Assembly (NCBI RefSeq): GCF_032062105.1
Contig: NW_026935910.1
Coordinates: 1-64,000 of the forward strand
DNA: 64,000 bases
Direction: 5' to 3'
Source of the DNA: Saccostrea cucullata
Taxonomy: Eukaryota
Position 1 is the first letter of the stretch. Each line of letters begins with the position of its first letter. Both the position numbers and the translations under genes were made by a program. Below the pieces are notes generated by a model that worked only from the letters and a program-made list of their open reading frames with translations, had not been told where the DNA came from and did not search any database. Of this stretch, positions 62,281 through 64,000 are shown in pieces.

Positions 62281-63024
62281 CTAACATTCGAGTGGCCACA
62301 ATAAAGCAGTGGTCACCACAACCAAAAATGCAAACCACCGCCACTCGGGACGATTACCACCAGAATCATCGCGGGCCATATACGGTGACCGTTTATTATT
62401 AGTAACAATAGAATAATTGTTTTTAAAGCAATATTCTTTGGTGTTTTGCTGGAGTTCGGAACAATTAAAATCCTCCAGTAGTTCATCACAAATACAGTTC
62501 TGTAGCTTCATGGCATATTTCTGCTGATAAAGTATGTTAATCGTCGTATTACATCTCTCGGGACACGAGCCTATTTCCTTCAAATTCCCACAATGGCTTT
62601 TGTAATACACCAACGCCGTAGAGCACGAACTGTCCGTATCGCAAATCCAATGAGCAATGGAGCAGCTGATCGGTCTGGAAGGATCATTAATCCTTTCTAC
62701 CGCATCCAGGGCGCTCTTACACACTTGTAGATTTTGCTTTCTCTTGTCGCAGTCTGAGTATTTTCCACGATGCTTCTTACAATCACAGTTAATGTATTCA
62801 TATCCATCATCCCTCGATACCAGAGTTATGAGGGCCCTCTGGCATTCCTCCGTACATTCATTTGTCTCCCCTGCCAGCTGCCTATCACAAACTAACTGAA
62901 AGTTGTGTAAAGCATTCCCACAACCTAAACGCGAGTAGCATCTGTTCTCAATGTCATGGCAATATTCTTCAGCCGCTAAAACCAAGCTCAGCAGCATGCA
63001 CAATATAAGACAATATCTTTTCAT
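62281..63024 (-). CDS. GAS1: Growth arrest-specific protein 1 (two GDNF/GAS1 Cys-rich domains, signal peptide, C-terminal GPI-type hydrophobic tail)
   Basis: Intact 247-aa ORF. N-terminal signal MKRYCLILCMLLSLVLA; Gas1-type Cys spacing (CGNALHNFQLVC, CTEECQRAL, NCDC, SCSIAHWICDTDSSCSTALVYYKSHC, CPERCNTTINIL, NCIC); hydrophobic C-terminus. Likely 5'UTR acceptor ATTGCATTCCAG at about 63075. Confidence 0.9.
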   Translation of the reverse strand: MKRYCLILCMLLSLVLAAEEYCHDIENRCYSRLGCGNALHNFQLVCDRQLAGETNECTEECQRALITLVSRDDGYEYINCDCKKHRGKYSDCDKRKQNLQVCKSALDAVERINDPSRPISCSIAHWICDTDSSCSTALVYYKSHCGNLKEIGSCPERCNTTINILYQQKYAMKLQNCICDELLEDFNCSELQQNTKEYCFKNNYSIVTNNKRSPYMARDDSGGNRPEWRWFAFLVVVTTALLWPLEC

Positions 63025-64000
63025 TTTTCTGTAGTCAACAGCTCAGTCACATGATATAGATCGTTTTATTGTCCCTGGAATGCAATATAGAAATGATCTC
63101 TATTGTAGTAAGGTATAAATTGTAAAACGTATCAAATTTTAAAACGAACAAAAATGAAATTAAGTTTTGATAGTGAAACCGTACTTTACGTTTCCTCGCA
63201 AAAAATTATACCTACTTCGTAAAATAAAATTTGATGCTCCTTGGAAAAATATATCCTGGATTTCATGAAGAAAATTATATCAAAAGTAGGATGAAATCTT
63301 TCGATTACTCCATCAGATATACGTCTATAAGGAAAAATCCCATGAACCGATTAACGAATGACTTCCGAAATTAAGCAGCGGCAAAAGATGTCCAGAATTT
63401 CCTCTGACAGGAAGATATATATGGAACAGCGTTCGACGTGAATGTTTATCTAAAATCTTCATTTAGAGTCCATTCAGTGTAAGTTCCTAAACAAGAGAGG
63501 TGTAAAGAGGGGGCGTAAATACTTGAATATCCTTTGCCCGGAAAACCAATAATATTATACGACCGGTAGAACGAAAGATGATTGATGCAGCACATTCTAA
63601 GCTTTAAATGGATAGCAGCGATATTGGAAGCAGATGTGGGACATGTTCATGATTTTCTACAAAGACACCTCTGCTGTAATATGACCCACCGACAATGGAA
63701 TTGATCAACACCTTTCCTCATGCAACCAATATTCAATGATAATGCGATTAACTTCTAACAAGAGGCACTAGGAACAGACGACAGTTGATCAATATTAATC
63801 GAATTCCGAAATTGGTCGCAGGATTCGTAAGTAAGTGGTTACGCCTGAAGGCTGTATTCTTACACTATGTATTGAACCACTGGAAACCCAATCAAATAAT
63901 TATAAACTACCTGTCCTTCCCGGAATAAGTGCAGGCAATTTCAAGGAAGTAGTTTATAAGTTTTATAATAGCATTCTTTTGATTAAAGTGTTTGATCAAT

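Overview
AT-rich, repeat-dense eukaryotic DNA, not prokaryotic. The repeat families (Cg170/HindIII-like and pearl-like Helentron derivatives, V-domain-like tRNA SINEs, Naiad-type Penelope fragments) point to a bivalve, probably an oyster. Two host genes can be supported, both on the minus strand. One is the 5' part of a nicotinic acetylcholine receptor (Cys-loop) subunit: probable signal-peptide exon 17927-17738, exon 5209-4983 ending in a GC splice donor, and exon 92-48; the gene runs out of the window to the left. The other is a single-coding-exon Gas1 gene (63024-62281). The rest is mostly decayed and nested transposable elements, including two multi-level nests (about 26.0-35.3 kb and 41.8-49.7 kb). 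The most unusual observations are: a GC-AG intron and a long N-terminal extension in the nAChR; a 2.76-kb TIR element whose 16-bp motif is spaced at about 175/350 bp; a MITE with a 6-bp TSD filled with a self-complementary 22-bp array; a P/Galileo-like foldback element with a 7-bp TSD; and a 6.7-kb element with a 117-bp palindrome array and a Myb-like exon. No clearly novel multi-gene system was identified. Coordinates were counted by eye, so repeat boundaries are approximate, and family names come from recall rather than database searches.
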